Shown: positions 41,443 to 55,393 of the stretch, one piece after another
Position numbering within the stretch: position 1 is the stretch's first letter
How the letters are laid out: every line of letters begins with the position of its first letter
Assembly: GCA_951406725.2 (NCBI GenBank)
Contig: OX597822.1
Coordinates: 7,874,001-7,938,000, forward strand
From: Octopus vulgaris
Lineage: Eukaryota
Reading direction: 5' to 3'
DNA length: 64,000 bases
Notes under the pieces: generated by a model
The model's database searches: none
What the model was told of the DNA's origin: nothing
The model's input: only the letters and a program-made list of their open reading frames with translations
Translations under genes and position numbers: made by a program

Positions 41443-41449
<7 letters not shown>
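40735..41449. mobile_element. Non-coding Penelope-type unit: direct repeat plus inverted tail, in (TA)n
   Basis: 40741-40925 repeated at 41225-41395. 41395-41449 is the reverse complement of about 41309-41363. Confidence 0.7.
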
Positions 41450-41490
<41 letters not shown>

Positions 41491-44268
41491 CAGCACCCTA
41501 GCGCAGGATATAATTGTTCTTGTATTGTAGCTGAATATTGATAGTGATTTTATGCTACTTTTTAAATGAAAGATAACTAGTTGTCAAGTATACATTCTCT
41601 CCAAACTGTTGATCGTTGTATTCAAAATGGGAGAACCTCTATTTGAATAATACCACATGACTCCACACAAAATCATTTAGTAGTAAATCATTTGGGCCTT
41701 GGCTTCATAATAATGAGATAGATTTCAATGAGCGTAAGTGTTCTTGTATCAGTAATAGTATAACCCAACGGAACCGTTTTCCAATAATCTAATACATAGC
41801 AACGTCGAACTGTTTGGTAATCCGTTTGACAGTTACGAAGATCCGGCTTATATTTCTGCATGACGTCTTGAGAAAATGTTTTCTATTATCAGCTAGGAAA
41901 TTCTGCAGTTAGTCTGTATTTAAAATTGAAAAGAAATAGTGTTTTCACAGAAAGTATCAGGGTGATTCTGACTAACAAATTACGTAAAATTCACCATGTC
42001 TGTGAAATACTCAGTCAACAACCCAGCGATCACATGTAAAGGAAATCTAATTTAATGGCCAACTGAATCCCATCATCGAAACCGACAAATATACATATAC
42101 CTTACTTACTGTTCCAACATCATAATTTGTGTTTTACTCGTTTTTCTAGAATTTTTTGTTTTCATTTTCCTATGAGCACAAACACAAGAGATATACGTAT
42201 ACATAATTCACTCGATTGGTAATCATACTTTATTGTACCTGATTTTCTGTTCGAAATTTTCGAAAATATTTTCGCATCATTCGATACTAATTTGGCTGTT
42301 ATTTCAAGCATGATAGACTATCACTAAATGCTGTGGCGTAGCTTCACGCTCGTTGTTTAGATCTTGGTTATGCATGTTGAGTACATAAATTTAGGAAAAT
42401 ATGTTGCCATTGTGACCCTTCAATAGTTTAGTTATAAATACATAGCATATGAAGTAGACAGTTATTTGATATATGCAACGCTATTTTTGTATACAATAGG
42501 CTTTACCTGATATTCAGAAAATGAAATAAATTATGTAGTTCTTTGAAACAAGTAACACAGTTTTATAATATTCTTTGTTTTCATTTTATCAAAGCATACG
42601 TGCAATGAAATATTACATACACCATGTTCACGAGCACAACTGAATTGGAAATATATTTTACATCTTCAATTTTATGGAAAACTGAAGGCTGAGAGAGGTC
42701 GACTGGTGACAGAAGAAATGGTGTTTCGAAAAGAGAGAAAATAGATAAAGTAGATCAGATGGGAGCAGAAAAATTGCATGAAATAGAGTAAATGTGAGAA
42801 AAAGGGGAAGTCTCGCTGTTAAAAATCGGTTATGAATATTCCTAGCGTATAAACTTTGATATTCTGTAAACATAAAGACATATCTTACTGCATTGCAGAA
42901 AACATACAATGCATTTTTATTGAGCTGCACTATTAGCTGTTTTCAAACGCTACTGGAATGCTGCAGCTTTTAATAATATGTATAGAAATATGATCTAAAG
43001 AAGTTGGTATTCTCGATACATGTGTTCATGCACAAGCACAATATCTGTGTAGAGAACCAGGAGAGATACAGCGGAGGAAATGAAAGAGGGGGAGAATAAA
43101 CGGAAAGAAGAGATAGACAAGGAAAGGAATGGGGAATGAAATATAAATATGCGTATACATAAAAGTATTCTTATTGTCTCATATGGATAAACAGAGTTGA
43201 CTAGCCTTATACACACTACGTATATGTGTACATGCGCACACACACACACACTGACAGACACGCACACACGCAAACGCGTTCCTCCACACGTATATTTATA
43301 CATATGCACATGCCTATTTGTGTAACTGTTCGTGTAAGATTGAGTGTCTCTTCTGAGTTGGCAGAATGGCTTTCCTTTGAACATTATTTTTATAGAGTGT
43401 ATGAAACTTCACAAATCATGTATTGACAATATTATATTACTAAGGAATTGGTATGTTACCAAGAATCATTATTCTAAATTGAAATATTATTCAGCCAGGA
43501 GACGAGTATGAATTTTTGAATAGGAAATAGTATCGAATTGTGTTTTTTTCATTCATATTAATCTCACATCCTTCGTATGAACAAAGCATCCAATGACGCA
43601 GTGTCTATGCATATTCAGGAAACACTTTGATGGAATATTCTAGTGTATACAAATAGATATGAAAATGTAATACTACGCAAGTTGTAAAGGAAATTCTACG
43701 ACTTTGATACAAGGAAATTATTGGTAGTAGGAATTTTCCTCCAACAGTTAGTTGCTTGTGTATTCGCCTAAAAATACTCCTACATAGCTCATGCAAAAAG
43801 CTACAATAAAATATATTTAAAACTAATACATACAATTCTGCGTTGTTATGTCTAATTTTATGTTTCTTTTTTCATGAATAATTATGATAACTGTTTTCAT
43901 TATTCTAAAGTACGATATTGAAAATAACAAAAAGCAAAATACTCATAAAAATGATCATGTTATCGGTATAAGCAAATGCTCTCAATATACATGCGCGGTT
44001 CAAATCACAAGCAAATTACATAAAGAAAATCGATGCTCCAGTAAACTTGTGTCAAATGTTGGAAATAGCTAAAGCAATACGTAAAATATCATGAAGAATT
44101 ACGGTAAAAAAACGTGGACAGGAATTGACTATATTTTATTTGTGATAATAAGACGGTTTACGCTTGCAGACATTTGTTCGTAGACTATTGATATAAAACA
44201 TATAAGAGATACACCATAAACGATCTACGTCACCGGAAGTAGTCATTTTTAGAATGAATACTATGTCA

Positions 44269-44329
<61 letters not shown>

Positions 44330-44380
44330 TATATACGCAAACATACATAAATGCATACAAACATGCATACGTATATATAT

Positions 44381-44421
<41 letters not shown>

Positions 44422-44425
44422 TGTG

Positions 44426-44491
<66 letters not shown>

Positions 44492-44574
44492 TGTAATGAC
44501 CAATGGATTGCACCTATAAGCTTCCTTTCAGAGGCACAAGTCTATGATAATTGCTTGTCGAATATCAGCTGACA

Positions 44575-44700
44575 CCCATGCATGCTCTTAGAGCTTGCTC
44601 TTGGACAACACACATTAAAGCCTCCGTTTCCGGTTTTCAATCACTGTTAGTCATTCATAGCTATCTTTTTTCTCTGTCTTATCTTCAAAATCCCTATGGC
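44575..44700 (-). mobile_element. Decayed RLE-LINE fragment opposite the adjacent element
   Basis: Minus translation HRDFEDKTE..LKPETEALMCVVQEQALR, the region just upstream of the zinc knuckle in these LINEs. Confidence 0.6.
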
Positions 44701-45472
44701 CAACGTGATGAAAATGGAGCAGACCCAAAATGCCGATTCTGCAACGACATGATTGAAACAGTGGACCACCTAATCTCTGGATGTAAAGTCTTAGCACCAG
44801 TGGAGTATAAATTAAGACATGACAGAGTTGGCCAATATCTCCACTGGCTAATAAGTCGGCATTACAATATCAAAACTGCCGACAAGTGGTATAATCACCA
44901 CCCTGAGGCTGTAACTGAAGGAGAAAATGTAACCATTCTGTGGGACTTTCCAGTACATACAGACCGAACCATCAAGGCCAATAAACCAGATATTGTTGTG
45001 AAAGACCAAAACAATAAAGTTTGCTTATTGATCGACATGAGCATCCCCTGTGATCATAATATCTCAGCGAAAGAGTTTGACAAGCTCAGAAAATATAAAG
45101 ACCTACTCATTGAAATTGAGAAAATGTGGCATCTCAAGGCGGTTACAATACCAGTGATCGTAGGAGCACTAGGAATGATCAAGAAGGGAACCGAAAATTA
45201 TATGAGAATGATCCCTGGCTTACCATCCCTGCAAGAAGTGCAAAAGATTGTCTTAACTGGTACATCACACGTATTGAGAAGAGCATTGTCGATGTGAGAA
45301 CTGTTGTGGCTCATTTATTTTAATTTAACTTTAAAAAAAAAAATGAACGAACTACTGAGTTTGGTTTAATGGCCTACCAATATACACTATGAGTTTCTTT
45401 GCCCTAGGAGTCGGGAAGACACTCGGCAAGAAATGGAAGAAAATTTGAAAGAAGAAAAAAGAAGTAATAATG

Positions 45473-45545
<73 letters not shown>

Positions 45546-45575
45546 TGATGATGATGATGATAAATATAATAATAA
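44698..45575 (+). mobile_element. Young R4/Dong-like RLE LINE 3' end with (TAA)n tail
   Basis: Open CCHC knuckle CRFC..ETVDHLISGC, RHD, LWDF, KPDIVV..LLIDMSIP..K..KY, PVIVGALG, stop at 45297, 3' UTR and (TAA)n at 45465-45545. Confidence 0.93.
44710..45297 (+). CDS. Zinc knuckle plus restriction-like (PD-D/ExK) endonuclease of LINE ORF (5'-truncated)
   Basis: Uninterrupted frame from NGADPKCRFC to the stop. The first about 50 residues of the tracked ORF come from unrelated antisense sequence. Confidence 0.85.
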   Translation, partial: ENGADPKCRFCNDMIETVDHLISGCKVLAPVEYKLRHDRVGQYLHWLISRHYNIKTADKWYNHHPEAVTEGENVTILWDFPVHTDRTIKANKPDIVVKDQNNKVCLLIDMSIPCDHNISAKEFDKLRKYKDLLIEIEKMWHLKAVTIPVIVGALGMIKKGTENYMRMIPGLPSLQEVQKIVLTGTSHVLRRALSM

Positions 45576-45745
45576 CTTCGAAAGATACTTTGGGAATTAG
45601 AACACATGTCCAAAATTTCCCCCAGTCACCTGATGAATTTTGGAGGGCATATGAGTGGAAAGGTTGTGTTAAAATCAAACAAGATGAAAACATATATCCG
45701 TCACATGGAAATAAGGTAAATACTGTACATAATTCATCATCTCTT
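45575..45745 (+). mobile_element. Penelope-type terminal fragment with decayed hammerhead (45625-45670)
   Basis: GTCAC-CTGATGA-attttgg..gagtg-GAAAGGTT-GTGTT, homologous to 519-690. Confidence 0.6.
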
Positions 45746-45949
45746 AGATTTAGAACTCTATTAATGTATGCAAATTTCCTAAGCCATAAAATATTTCTTT
45801 CTTGATATATGTTTTAACCATGACTGCTGTTGGTAAGGAAGTCACCTACTGGCTTTAAAACAAATGTCCACGACTGTTTCATTATTTGTAATGAGCAAGT
45901 GTTTTGCGTAAGGAGTGCAAAAACTAGATATGAAAAGTGGGTTGAACTG

Positions 45950-46332
45950 ATGGAAGCACTCCGTCGGTTACGACGACGAGGGTTCCGGTTGATCCGATCA
46001 ACGGAACAGCCTGCTCGTGAAATTAACGTGTAAGTGGCTGAGCACTCCACAGACACGTGTACCCTTAACGTAGTTCTCGGGGATATTCAGAGTGACACAG
46101 AGAGTGACAAGGCCGGCCTTTTGAAATACAGGTACAACCGAAACAGGAAGTAAGAGTGAGAGAAAGTTGTGATGAAAGAGTACAGCAGGGATCACCACCA
46201 TCCCCTGCCGGAGCCTCGTGGAGCTTTAGGTGTTTTCGCTCAATAAACACTCACAACGCGCGGTCTGGGAATCGAAACCGCGATCCTACGGCCGCGAGTC
46301 CGCTGCCCTAATCACTGGGTCATTGCGCATCC
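45950..46332 (-). mobile_element. tRNA-derived SINE family A
   Basis: Near-identical to 32259-32642. Confidence 0.93.
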
Positions 46333-46463
46333 AATATATGGACTATGTATCAGTCCAATTCCTTCAAATCATATTCGATGTCCTTTTGATCTGTACCAAA
46401 AGCACATCGGTGTTTAAAACAAAAAAAGCATACATATGATGTATTAATATTATGGATAAAATA

Positions 46464-46866
46464 ATAGGCGTAGGAGTGGATGTGTGGTAAGTAGCTTGCT
46501 AAACAACCACATGGTTCCGGGTGCAGTCCCACTGCGTGGCATCTTGGACAAGTGTCTTCTGCTATAGCCCCGGGCCGACCAATGTCTTGTGAGTGGATTT
46601 GGTAGACGGAAATTGAAAGAAGCCTGTCGTATATATGTATATATATGTATGTGTGTGTGTTTGTGTGTCTGTCTTTGTCCCCCTAGCATTGCTTGACAAC
46701 CGATGCTGCTGTGTTTACGTCCCCGTCACTTAGCGGTTCGGCAAAAAGAGACCGATTGAATAAGTACTGGGCTTACAAAGAATAAGTCCCGGGGTCGATT
46801 TGCTCGACTAAAAGGCGGTGCTCCAGCATGGCTGCAGTCAAATGACTGAAACAAGTAAAAGAGTAA
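46464..46866 (+). mobile_element. SINE family B, full length
   Basis: Matches the other family-B copies. Confidence 0.92.
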
Positions 46867-47314
46867 CATGACATGAAACTAAATTTTAAATACAGAGAAA
46901 TTTGATTGTGTAAGGCAGTATATCTTTAACGTCACAGCATTGTTACCACTGAATGATGTAGTAGCTACTCTGAATTAATTACTTCTCTTAAGTTCTGTTC
47001 AGAAATCGATATCCTTATAATTCAACCCGCGTTAGCATTTTATTTCCTCGCACTTATACACAGGCAAATGCCTACATACGTGTTAGGCAAAATTAATAGA
47101 ATGGATCTTTGTATGTTACAACAGTGTACTTTAGTGTTCAGTACATCCAACACACGTTTCACACCAAGTGACTAGATGCTGTTGAGGGGAAGACAGACAT
47201 GTATAAGCAATAAACGGTGACTGTAGCCCATGCAGACAGGACGGCCAGGTCACTTGTCGCACTCTCTTACTGTCTGTCTGTCTGTCCGTCTTACTCTCTC
47301 TCTATCTATCTCTC

Positions 47315-47401
<87 letters not shown>

Positions 47402-47403
<2 letters not shown>

Positions 47404-47545
47404 TCCTTCTCTTATGTTTCCGACGAATAGCTCCGCTCGAAACGTCATACCCTCCTTCTTCCCTCTTTCCTGAGCGCCTAATAATAATACTTTAATTGTT
47501 CCACGTGTTGTTGTTTTTTCTGTTTTTCCCGTTTGGATTAACCTT
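47402..47545 (+). mobile_element. Penelope-type terminal fragment with hammerhead-like motif (47412-47450)
   Basis: GTTT-CCGACGA-atagctccgctc-GAAACGTC-atac, between (TA)n and (TACA)n. Confidence 0.5.
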
Positions 47546-48376
47546 ATATACATACATACATACATACATACATACATACATACATACAGACATACATACA
47601 TAAATACATACATACATGCATACACACACACAGAAAAACCGTAATTCACACTTCTAAGAAAATCATGGGACAAGTTACCTATATTAAGACTCTTAAATGA
47701 GACTTAAGAACTATATATGAAATGTTGGCGTTAATTAATTATGAAATAAATTATTTTCCAAAGCAAATCATTCAAATATTTGTATGATTAAGAAATGAGA
47801 ATAATAGCAGAGAAGGATTGACATTCATCGGTGAAAATAATTTTTTATTTGTTTATTAACAAACATATATCTTACTACAAGTATTTATTGTTAATGTAAC
47901 AAAGATGGAAGGTATTTACCTACTTCTAGTATAAGCAAGTATGTACACAAATAATTATCATTAAATCAGCAAGTACTGATTATTAAATTTCGATCAATCA
48001 TTTTTTTCATGTTTTGTATTTCTATTCACCAACAAACAATACAATATTTGGATGCATTCAAGTTGACACTATATGCAATTTAAAATATCACAAAAGAGTT
48101 AAACGAAGAACAGTATTTCAAAAAAAATTCTTGATAAAGAAATAGCAATGTCAATCTCTCTCAGTCCCTCTTCATTTATCTGTAGCTATCTGTCTCTCTC
48201 TTTCTCTGTGTATGTATACATACATACATGCAAGCATATGGATATATATACACATACATGAGTATATACATTTATATGCATATATATATATATTTATATA
48301 TAAATGTATATATATATATATATAAATATACATATGTATATATGTATATATGTATATATATATATATATACATATT

Positions 48377-48424
<48 letters not shown>

Positions 48425-48528
48425 TATATTAATCAAAATAAAAACATGATTCAATGGATTTACCGGTACATATATACATATACATATATATATCTATATA
48501 TATAGATGTATATATGTGCATATATGTC

Positions 48529-48623
<95 letters not shown>

Positions 48624-48658
48624 TTACACATACATACATAAATACACACATACACACA

Positions 48659-48700
<42 letters not shown>

Positions 48701-49618
48701 CATATATACATAGTAATTATCGTAAGGATATGATAGACTGGAGAGTATATTCAGGTAAACATAATATATTCTGAATATATTTGCATAGCAACAAAATACA
48801 ACGAAATGCATACTTTTTTTAGAAACACGTTTTATATTTCCCATAATATATTTTTCACATTGTTTAATTATTGTATAATTACTATGAAAAACGTTTCATT
48901 TAGCCAAATTTAGCTTATTTATCGTGATTAAATAATTACATTAAAGTTTCAAAAGATAAAGTCCTTGAGACATCACCGGAAATTATATTCAAGCAAATTT
49001 ATATTTCATATTAATATATTTCGAAATAAACGGGTAAATATAACTTATTACAATAATCAATCACGTTGTATTAGTGTTTTTGGCAATAATTTAAAAATTA
49101 ATTATGAATTATTATATCATAACCATTATTATATAAACGTAACTATTATGATATCATTTTAACTCTTTTAATATTATCATTCAATTATGATATCATTATA
49201 ATTATCATAATTCTCAACAACACATGAAAAAAATTGCATTGTATTTTCTAACAACAGCGCTTAAATTATGAAACTAATGGTTCTTCATGAAAATAATTGT
49301 TAGATTACATTGAAATAATTTTATAGTAACTAACTCCAAATAGCATACCGTTTGAAAACAAAACACAAATCAATCTAATGCTCCTGATAAAACTTTCAAA
49401 TATTTGGTGCTATACTTTGTTCTTTGTTTACAATCACCATACTATGAAAAGAAAACATCGTAGGATTTTGTCACATACTTACTTCCTAGATTACTAACAA
49501 CAAATTTTTGCTTAGCTGGTCTTCGTTCACAATCATTCTCACTGCCTTGATCATTTTGAAAAAGAAAAAAGATAAATTTTTAAAAATAAAATATAAATGA
49601 TATATGTTGTTATATATG

Positions 49619-49992
49619 TTGTTGTGTGTTAAGAAACTTGCTCCAAACCATAAGGTTCTCGGTTCAGTCTCACTGTGAGGCACCTTAGGCAAGAACTATC
49701 TAATATAACACCGACTCGGCAATAAGGTTTGTGACTGGATTTGGTAGACGAAAACTAGAAGTCCGTCGTATATATGTACGTGTGTATGTTTGTATCACTG
49801 TGTTTCCCCCCACTATCATCGCTTGACAACCGATGTTGGTGTGTTTACGTCCTCCTAAGTTAAAGGTTACGAAAAGAGAAAGCTATAGAATAAGAACTAG
49901 GCTGGCACAGAATAAGTTCTGTGATCCAATTTTTCGAAGAAATGTGATGCTCCAGCATGCCTGCAGTCAAATTACTGAAATAAGTAAAAGAT
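49619..49992 (+). mobile_element. SINE family B, diverged copy
   Basis: GGTTCAGTCTCACTG, GGATTTGGTAGACG, GCTTGACAACCGATGTTGGTGTGTTTACGT and GCTCCAGCATG motifs. Confidence 0.8.
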
Positions 49993-50015
49993 CTATACAT
50001 ACATGCATACATCTA

Positions 50016-50071
<56 letters not shown>

Positions 50072-51039
50072 TAGATAGATAGATAGATAGATACATACAT
50101 ACATACATACATACACACATACATACATACATACATACATACATACATACATACATACATACATACATACATAGGTACATGCATACATAGATACATCCAA
50201 TGTAGATAAACCGATAGATATATACATATATATGTACGGATGTATATATCTATGTGTGTGTGTATCGTTGTGTTTGTGTTTGCCCACCACCACCACCACT
50301 TTAAAACCTGTGCGGGTGAGCTTACGTCCACGTAACATAGTTGTTCGTCAGAAGAAACCGATAGGACTCTTCAAGTAACTGAAAAACCACACACAAATCT
50401 CTGGTGGCTTCGAGACTGTAGTAGAAGACATCTGCCAAAGTGCAGTGAAACGGCATTTGAAGCCTTATAGTTGTGGTGAAAGCCATATGGTTGAGGAGCA
50501 AGCTTCTATCAGCACAACCAGGTCGTTATCATCGTCGTCTCATCCTTGCATATACGAGTTTATTTAATATTACAACTAATAGTTTATCTTATTTCAATTA
50601 TCTGTGCTTGTACATTGGATAGGACGAATCATTTGGTAGAGATATACCTCCCAAAACGCACAAATTTTTAAAAATTGACAGATCATTTTAAATGAAAGTT
50701 TACCGATAACGACCAATAAACATCATCAGCACGTCATGCGTTGCACCTTATTTTCAGCAGATGACATACTCAGAGTTATAGAAAAAAAACTTTTAATACA
50801 TCTATAGACAGCGTAATTTGCATACAATTAAACATGCCTAGGCGGAGAGAAATGATGTTTAGTTTGGTTTTTGTTGGCATGTATTTGAACAAACGTATCA
50901 GCGTTTATAAAATAACACAGTCGTTGACTAATTAACTGATATCATATTCGCTTACAGATAGTATAGACGCAGCTATTACTGGTAAATTCCTACAACTAAA
51001 TTTATGAACTACAACTAAAATTGAGATTTAAAATTCTAG

Positions 51040-51330
51040 GCCAGCAATTGGTATGCTATTAACGAAATGGTGATCTCTCTGGCACTATACAAGCCGAATT
51101 CTTCCCCATCTTAAGTATCATGTAGTCTCAGAAAAAAAATGGTCGAGTTAAGGTTTCTCATATAGATAACATGGACAACGCTCGGACTCGAAAGATTCCC
51201 CGATATAATCACCTCGTCGAGGAATGTGAAGATGCAAATTGTATGTAGGATGTTCATTCGAAACGGTGTGATATCATAGTTGATGTCGCTAGACCCGACT
51301 CATCATAAAGCTAATACCAAGTTGTGTAAT
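51040..51330 (+). mobile_element. Decayed HERO-like RLE LINE 3' fragment
   Basis: MVELRF..DNMDNARTRKIPRYNHLVEECEDA resembles the ELTVPWE..A..RK..KY..LV.EC endonuclease motif. Followed by (TATC)n. Confidence 0.5.
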
Positions 51331-51394
51331 ATTGAAGCTACAGCCCAGGACACAAAACGCAGGATATACTTACAAAGACGTTAGAATACCTATC

Positions 51395-51456
<62 letters not shown>

Positions 51457-51518
51457 CTCTATCTATCTAACTATTCTCTCTCTCTATATATATACAAATA
51501 TATATGTATATATATATG

Positions 51519-51672
<154 letters not shown>

Positions 51673-52310
51673 TGTGTTTGTGTGTGTGTATATATATATA
51701 TATATAAATATGTTATGAATGTATGTAAGTATATATACATATGTATGTATATAAATATATATACACACTTTCATTCAAAGTTATAAATATTTATCAGCAT
51801 ATAGTCTGTAGAGAGTGCCACGTGCGCGTTCGCGCAGACACCCAATATACATTATACACACTCAACTGTTTTTCTCATGCACTGAATACATCCACTATCT
51901 TTTTAACACATGTGACACACAGCGATTGGAACCAAAAAAATGTTTGTATATATTTACCAACGAAGGTTCATGTGTCTGACGTAGTTACGATATTAACCAC
52001 AGCATAATAAATATGAAGAAGATTAGAAAAAATCGCTGGAAAGCAGTTACTTGTATGGCTTTAAAAATTCCTTCCGGTAAATTTTGAAATATTTTGAGAT
52101 ATACATCAGCTCGAAGGAAAATTTCCCTGGATTATTCATCATATATTCATTTGAGGATAAACCTTTTCTTTTTTGCATGAAATATTTTCTAGTGGTTCGA
52201 GCATCAATATCAAAAGTATGTAATCTCTAAAGTTACTGCTAAATATTTGTATAAATATTTTGTTTAAAAGTAAAATACACATTAGCAATGCAATATGTTT
52301 CTACTATTTT

Positions 52311-52520
52311 TTTACTCTTAGCAGAAGGCCCGAAATTTTCAAGGAGGTCTCCAGTCGTTTAGATTGACACCAGTATGCAACTGGTACTTAATTTGTAGAC
52401 TCCTAAAGGATGAAATTTTAGGTCGACCTCGGCGGAATTTGAACTCAGAACATAAAGACCGACCAAATACTGTTAAGCATTTCGCCCGCCGTGTTAACGT
52501 TTCTGCCAGCTCGCCGCCTT
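52311..52520 (-). mobile_element. tRNA-like SINE family C
   Basis: GGCGGCGAGCTGGCAGAAACGTTA head and TGAGTTCAAATTCCGCCGAGGTCGAC. Confidence 0.85.
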
Positions 52521-53479
52521 GAAATGTTTCTATTATTCGTTAAAATATTTACGCTACTGAGGAGTGTAATATCTCTCTGACGTTTCTCTGAGGCAACAAC
52601 TTTTGCAAAATATTGTAGCGAATTAAAAGGCAGTGACTAAATATGTTATATATTCAGTCACAGCCGGAATATATAATAAATGCTTGCGAAATATGCCCTC
52701 CACCGGTCGAAGAAGCTGAGAAAACACAAGAAGAATATTCCCAGGAGAAGCTACAGGAAGGACAAGAAGAAGAAAGAATGGCTCCAGTGGAGGCAGAGGA
52801 ATAGTAGGAAACCACGGAAAAAGGAAAAAAAGAAGAGAATAAAGATAAGTCCAACGCTTACAGAACCTCACCCTACAACTACCAAATGGCAACCCATACC
52901 CTCTTTGTCCCAACTTTCTCCCTGAAGACTAAACGTTCCCACTCCCCTCCAACACAAAAACAAAAGAGAAGAACGCTTACACACAATAGGTCACAAATTT
53001 CCCTTCCCATTGTTTGTGTTTGCATGTGTACTGTATGAGGACGCGGAAGGGGAACTGTTTGAAAGGGTGAATGAATAGGAAACCCAGTATATGTTGGTGT
53101 CGAGGAGGAGGGGAGTTTTGGCGGAAAACATACGTGTTTATTAAGAACTGAACAACAAATGAATGAAATGAAAGGATTCAAAGGAGAATGTGAGCTGTGG
53201 AAAGTAGACTACGATATGGGAAAATAACTAAAGTTTATAGAATATAAAGAACTGAAAAAACGTTATGGGATTGACATAATGGAGATAAGAGGAAGGGGCA
53301 AGTAATACCATGTTCATTTCTCATTTTGAATATTCATTATATCATACATTTTATTTGTTTTCATTTCTTATATGTCCCCAAATGTGCATTATTGTCCCTC
53401 TTTTTGCCCTTTATAGGTAATAAAGAAATTATAAGCTTACGAGATATTTATAGTTCCTGCGAAAAACTTTTCACCCATC

Positions 53480-53760
53480 TCCAATATACTACTAAGAGAG
53501 AAAACCTGGTTGCACCAGAGTTCAAACCAATGGGGACTCTAAATTTGTCGAGAGTTTTAGTCACGGGAAGTATATATAGAACACAAGAAAATCCTGTCGT
53601 CACCGAAGCTGGTGAGAGGAAAGAATAAACTTATTCTCAGAGTAAACGCAAGAACGGATGTTTTGGATACACTAAATACTGTCATTATTGGAGTTGAATG
53701 GAAAACGACCAGAAGCAAGTCATTCTAATCCCTTAAGACAGAAACAACCACTTCGAGGGA
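53480..53760 (+). mobile_element. Possible LINE ORF1 (I/Nimb-like gag) relic
   Basis: PMGTLNLSRVLV resembles PHxTLNxSKGVI, with a later NPLR-like motif. Very decayed. Confidence 0.3.
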
Positions 53761-54539
53761 TACCTGTAAAACCCTCGATATTTAATTTTTAAAATCAAAT
53801 TTGACCTACACTGCCATTGAAATCAATTTTCATATATGTTAGTATTGAATCTTAAAGCATTTTATTAATTTAATTAAATATCAATGTCCATGGGTTTCAG
53901 AACAAGTAACTAATTTTTAACCCTGCCAGAAGAAACAGATTCTTTTTGCAAATTCCTTATCGATAATGTTTCTTCACCACATGTCTATTACATTAACCCC
54001 TACCAGCAATGAGCCCACCCCCAAAACAACGCCATCTAAATCATAGAAATGAACCAGCTCAGAAACACCCATAAACACACAATTTAACTTCACAGACACG
54101 AAGAAAAGAGATTCCCCAAATGTCTTCACTACATCCTGCGCAAGGAAGCATGCTTGAAAACGAACGTATTTTCACCCACCCCTCGCGTATCAAACACACA
54201 GAAATCAAACTAATATCAAAGTGCGGCCAAATATTATGCCAGTACATATTCTCTCCCTAATAAATCATTTCAAACCTGCTCTCCATCCTAAAAGTATGAA
54301 GCCCGTCTACAACATCTTGCTACAGAAATATTGAGTAGTTTACTATACTCAGGTCGGGAAACATATCACAGAAATGCAGTGAGAAGTAAAAATATCTGGT
54401 CATATACGACGGTGCAACAGCAGTCAGAGAGATTCCAGAAGAATAGGATTTTAATCGATATATCATCATTTATTTATTTATCCTTTTTACCTATATTTTT
54501 ACTTCCTGTAATTATTATTTCTATTCTAAATAATATATT

Positions 54540-55008
54540 TATTTCTTTGTTGCCCACAACGAGCTAAACATAAACGGCATAAACAAAAACAGATAAATGG
54601 ATTAAGTCGATTACATCGACCCCAGTGATTAACTAATACTTATTTAATCGACCTCGAAAGGACGAAAGGCAAAGTCGATCTCGGTGGAATTTGAACTCAG
54701 AATGTAACGGCAGACCAACTACTGCTAAACATTTCGTCCGGCGTGTTAACGCTTCTGCCAGTTCATCGCCTTATTCCAAAATAATATTTTTTTCTACTCT
54801 AGGCACAAGGCAAGGAATTTTTGGGGAGGAGCCAGCCAATTAGAAGAGATCCCAGTACGCAACTGGTACTTAATGTATCGACCGCGAAATGTGAAAGGCA
54901 AAGTCGATCTCGACGGAATTTGAACGCAGAAAGTAAATACAGAAGAAATGATGAAATACTGCTAAGCATTTCGTCTGGTGTGCTAACGATTGTGGCAGCT
55001 CGCCGCCC
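54540..55008 (-). mobile_element. Two tandem SINE family C copies (54540-54772, 54787-55008)
   Basis: Two heads (GGCGATGAACTGGCAGAAG; GGCGGCGAGCTGCCACAATCG) each with TTCAAATTCC and AGATCGACTTTGCCTTTC. The 3' tails differ. Confidence 0.85.
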
Positions 55009-55212
55009 TATTCTAAATATATATTGATATGCTCCTTCTATTGCTGTAATTATTGTACTGTATGTATTCATTACGTTGATGAAAATAATAACTATAGAAG
55101 AATTATCTAAATGCTGTCTCTTCTTAAACCAAGTTATATAACGTCCATCGTCTCGGATTCAACCAGAGTACATCGAAGTAGTTGCGTAAATAAGTATTTT
55201 TCAAACGAAAAA

Positions 55213-55256
<44 letters not shown>

Positions 55257-55319
55257 ATGTAATTATTTTGATGTAAAGCCACATCCTCATAATTTCAACC
55301 TGAAAAATACATACATACA

Positions 55320-55389
<70 letters not shown>

Positions 55390-55393
<4 letters not shown>

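Noticed and set aside
52623-52925. Lys/Arg-rich ORF
   Set aside because: Low-complexity purine-rich tract, probably a decayed retroelement, with no domain signal.
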